Shown here: in pieces, positions 33,034 to 35,886 of the stretch
Layout: each line of letters starts with the position of its first letter
How positions within the stretch are numbered: the stretch's first letter is position 1
NCBI RefSeq assembly: GCF_001194135.2
Contig: NC_068985.1
Span: 110,087,246-110,123,131 of the forward strand
Direction: 5' to 3'
DNA: 35,886 nt
DNA from: Octopus bimaculoides
Taxonomy: Eukaryota
Position numbers and translations under genes: made by a program
The notes under the pieces: model-generated
Told to the model about the DNA's origin: nothing
The model's database searches: none
The model's input: the letters and a program-made list of their open reading frames with translations, nothing else

Positions 33034-33867
33034 ATCTAGAACTACATTGAATGTATCCATCCCGTTTAAAGAGAATAGAAGGAAATTTGGCTGCTCTTTC
33101 TCGCAGATTGAGGCACTCTTATTCACTCAAGAAGCTTCCTTAGCCATCACTCACAAATGAGTATGACTTGGTAGATTGTGCTATGCTTTTGCTAATTGCT
33201 TTAGGAGTCAATGTAGTTTTAATTAGACATAGATACCCTGCTTATAGGTACTCTGCTCATAGGTACTCTGCTCACTTTTGATCCAGCAGAACACTGAAGA
33301 TGTGACAGCCAGAGGTAAATAGAGCTTCACCAGAACAAAGGTGGTGATCATTTCTCTGGTTGAGTAAACTGGAGCAATGAAAAATGAAGTGCTTTGTCCA
33401 AGGATGTATTACATTACCCAATCCAGCAACTGAACTCGTGATCTTATGCTCATGGGCTCAACATCCTAACCACTAAACCAGGTGCCTTCACTCCAAAACC
33501 ATAGACCATTAACAGCGTTAGTCATTCGACTTAAATCTCACCTACATGTTGTGGTTTATTCAGGTTGTGTTCACTTGGCACCATATTCTTCTATTATCAA
33601 AAAACAGGGCCTTCATAGGCTCACATAGCTGGCTTCTCAGATTCTGTGGCATATATATTCACCCTACCCACTGGATGGGAAGCTGGTCCATTTTAGGATT
33701 ACTCACTTTTGCGAGCTGAGTTGACTGGAGCAATGGAAAATGTTTTGCTCAAGAACACAATGCATTGCCCAGTCCAGGAATTGAAACCTCAATCTTATGT
33801 TAATGAGAGCAAAACCCTAACCACTAAGCAAAATGTTTCCACAATCTTCTGTTGTACCTTTATGATA

Positions 33868-34212
33868 TAAGGGTAAAGAATCCGTTTGGTCACGAATGAC
33901 CATGGGATTGCACCTAGAAAGTTACCCTCCAAGGCACAAGTCTGGGCAGGGTTGTTTATGGAAGACCAGCAGTGACCTATGCATACCAGCCTCCGCTCTC
34001 CTCTCCATGCCACCAGTGTAATCCAAGAGAAAGGCAAAGGCCGATACAGCTTGGCACCTGTGACGTCGCAACTCATTTCTACAGCTGAGTGAACTGGAGC
34101 AACATGAAATAAAGTCTTACTCGAGAACACAACACATATTCCAGTCCAGGAATCGAACTCACTACTTCATGATTGTGAGCTTGATGATCTAGCCACTGAA
34201 CCATGCACCTTC
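33868..34212 (-). mobile_element. tRNA-derived SINE (family F), near full length
   Basis: Minus strand GAAGGTGCATGGTTCAGTGG...GAGTTCGATTCC; decayed heads of similar type at about 33340-33490, 33690-33830, 7545-7670 and 27690-27830. Confidence 0.8.
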
Positions 34213-34818
34213 ATCATGAAATATGATATTTACCTGCACATGATTTCTTAGGGGTTGAAATGTGTTTAGCTGTTATCTCTATCAGGTCCACTGACTAGAA
34301 ACATCAGAAGTGAGTATAATTTTGCTCTAGCACAAGGGACAAACTGAAGTTGCATAAAAATATGCCTAAAAATATAACGAAACATTAAATGTAATGAAAT
34401 AAATAGGCATACAATCATTGTTGTGCAGTTAAGAAGTTCACTTTGCAACTTCATGGTTTCAGGTTCAGTCCCAATGCACAGCGCCTTGGAAAAGTAATTT
34501 CTACTCTGAGCCTTGTAAGAGAATTTGCAATACAGAATTATCCAAAATTCTGACTGCCTCCTTTTTCTCATTATATATATATATCATCTTCATCATCATC
34601 ATCGTTTAACGTCCGCTTTCCATGCTAGCATGGGTTGGACGATTTGACTGAGGTTGGTGAACCAGATGGCTACACCAGGCTCCAATCTGATTTGGCAGAG
34701 TTTCTACAGCTGGATGCCCTTCCTAACGCCAACCGTTCCGAGAGTGTAATGGGTGCTTTTATGTGCCACTGGCATGAAGGCCAGTTAGGCGGTACTGGCA
34801 ACGGCTACGCTCAAAATG

Positions 34819-34856
<38 letters not shown>

Positions 34857-35644
34857 NNNNNNNNNNNNNNNNNNNNNNNNNNNNNNNNNNNNNNNNNNNN
34901 NNNNNNNNNNNNNNNNNNNNNNNNNNNNNNNNNNNNNNNNATATATATGCATATATGGGTACAGGACTTCACCAACATGAAGTACAAAAGCAAGCAAGTT
35001 AAATACACAAACAATGAGAGAAAAAAAATTGAAAACAGGACAAGTAACACAAAAAACGACTCTTCATCAGTTGTTGGTTGTCTCTCTACTCCTCATTTAT
35101 ATATATATATTGTTTATTATATATATATATATACATGTAATATTTCGCATAGGCATATATAAGTACTGAATATTGGGAAACACTATTGTGTTGCTTATTA
35201 ACTCCTATCGCATACGACAAATCCACCCACAAGGCTTTAGTGAGCCTAGTCAGCCGACTGTAGAAACCACTTGTGTACGGTTCTGTACTGCTGCACCGAA
35301 TCCAAAACCAAATGGTTAGGAAGCAAGCATTTACTTATTTATTTATTTATTTGTATCTGGTTTTCACAGAGAACTACTTCAGCAGGGGAGTTAAACAAGT
35401 GAATGCAGGCTAGTTATCTCCCTTACTTCAATATAGCTGCTTCCTTTATCGATACAATTGTTCATCTGGTGTTTCGGACTTTACCAAACGAGGAGACAAT
35501 AATCTACCTCCTGAAACCTCATGCTATCATTCATGTAATAAAATTAGGATAACGATGTTTTCATTCCCTTATAAACCCTACGGAAAGGTTATACGTCTTT
35601 CTAAACAACTTTTCCAATATTAATGAGTCTGACAGTTTGCTAAT

Positions 35645-35692
<48 letters not shown>

Positions 35693-35694
<2 letters not shown>

Positions 35695-35886
35695 CCTTTC
35701 TATTATAGGCACAAGGCCTGAAATTTGTGGAGAGGGGCTCAGTCGATTACATCGACTCCAGTACGCAACTGGTACTTATTTTATCGACCCCAAAATGATG
35801 AAAGGCAAAGTCGACCTCGGCAGAATTTGAACTCAGAATGAAAAGACAGGCTAAATGTTGCTAAGCAACAGTTCTGCCAGTTCACT
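35693..35886 (-). mobile_element. Family E SINE with (TTA)n tail
   Basis: Co-linear with 3655-3862; abuts the (TAA)n run at 35645-35693. Confidence 0.8.

Overview
Repeat-saturated, AT-rich eukaryotic scaffold with many N gaps. The SINE/LINE repertoire, (CAT)n/(TA)n/(TG)n microsatellites and TTAGGG repeat suggest a mollusc, most likely Octopus (inference from recalled repeat families). Nearly all long ORFs in the track are gap or microsatellite artefacts. The one host gene I can support is split into four small + strand exons (18497-18641, 22243-22370, 28253-28394, 31883-32025). Their GT-AG junctions and phases (1-2-1-2-1) join into one open 186-codon frame encoding two tandem 6-Cys helical modules, probably a secreted protein; its first and last exons were not found. 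The rest is transposon debris: a Ty3/Gypsy relic (gag, protease, integrase; RT/RNaseH missing, with a Penelope-like fragment at the deletion point), RLE-type and RTE LINE 3' fragments, a Tc1/mariner fragment, several MITEs and at least five SINE-like families. Three minimal type I hammerhead ribozyme motifs are visible. Two related ones lie 678 nt apart in sense orientation inside an intron of the host gene and share a palindromic helix III.
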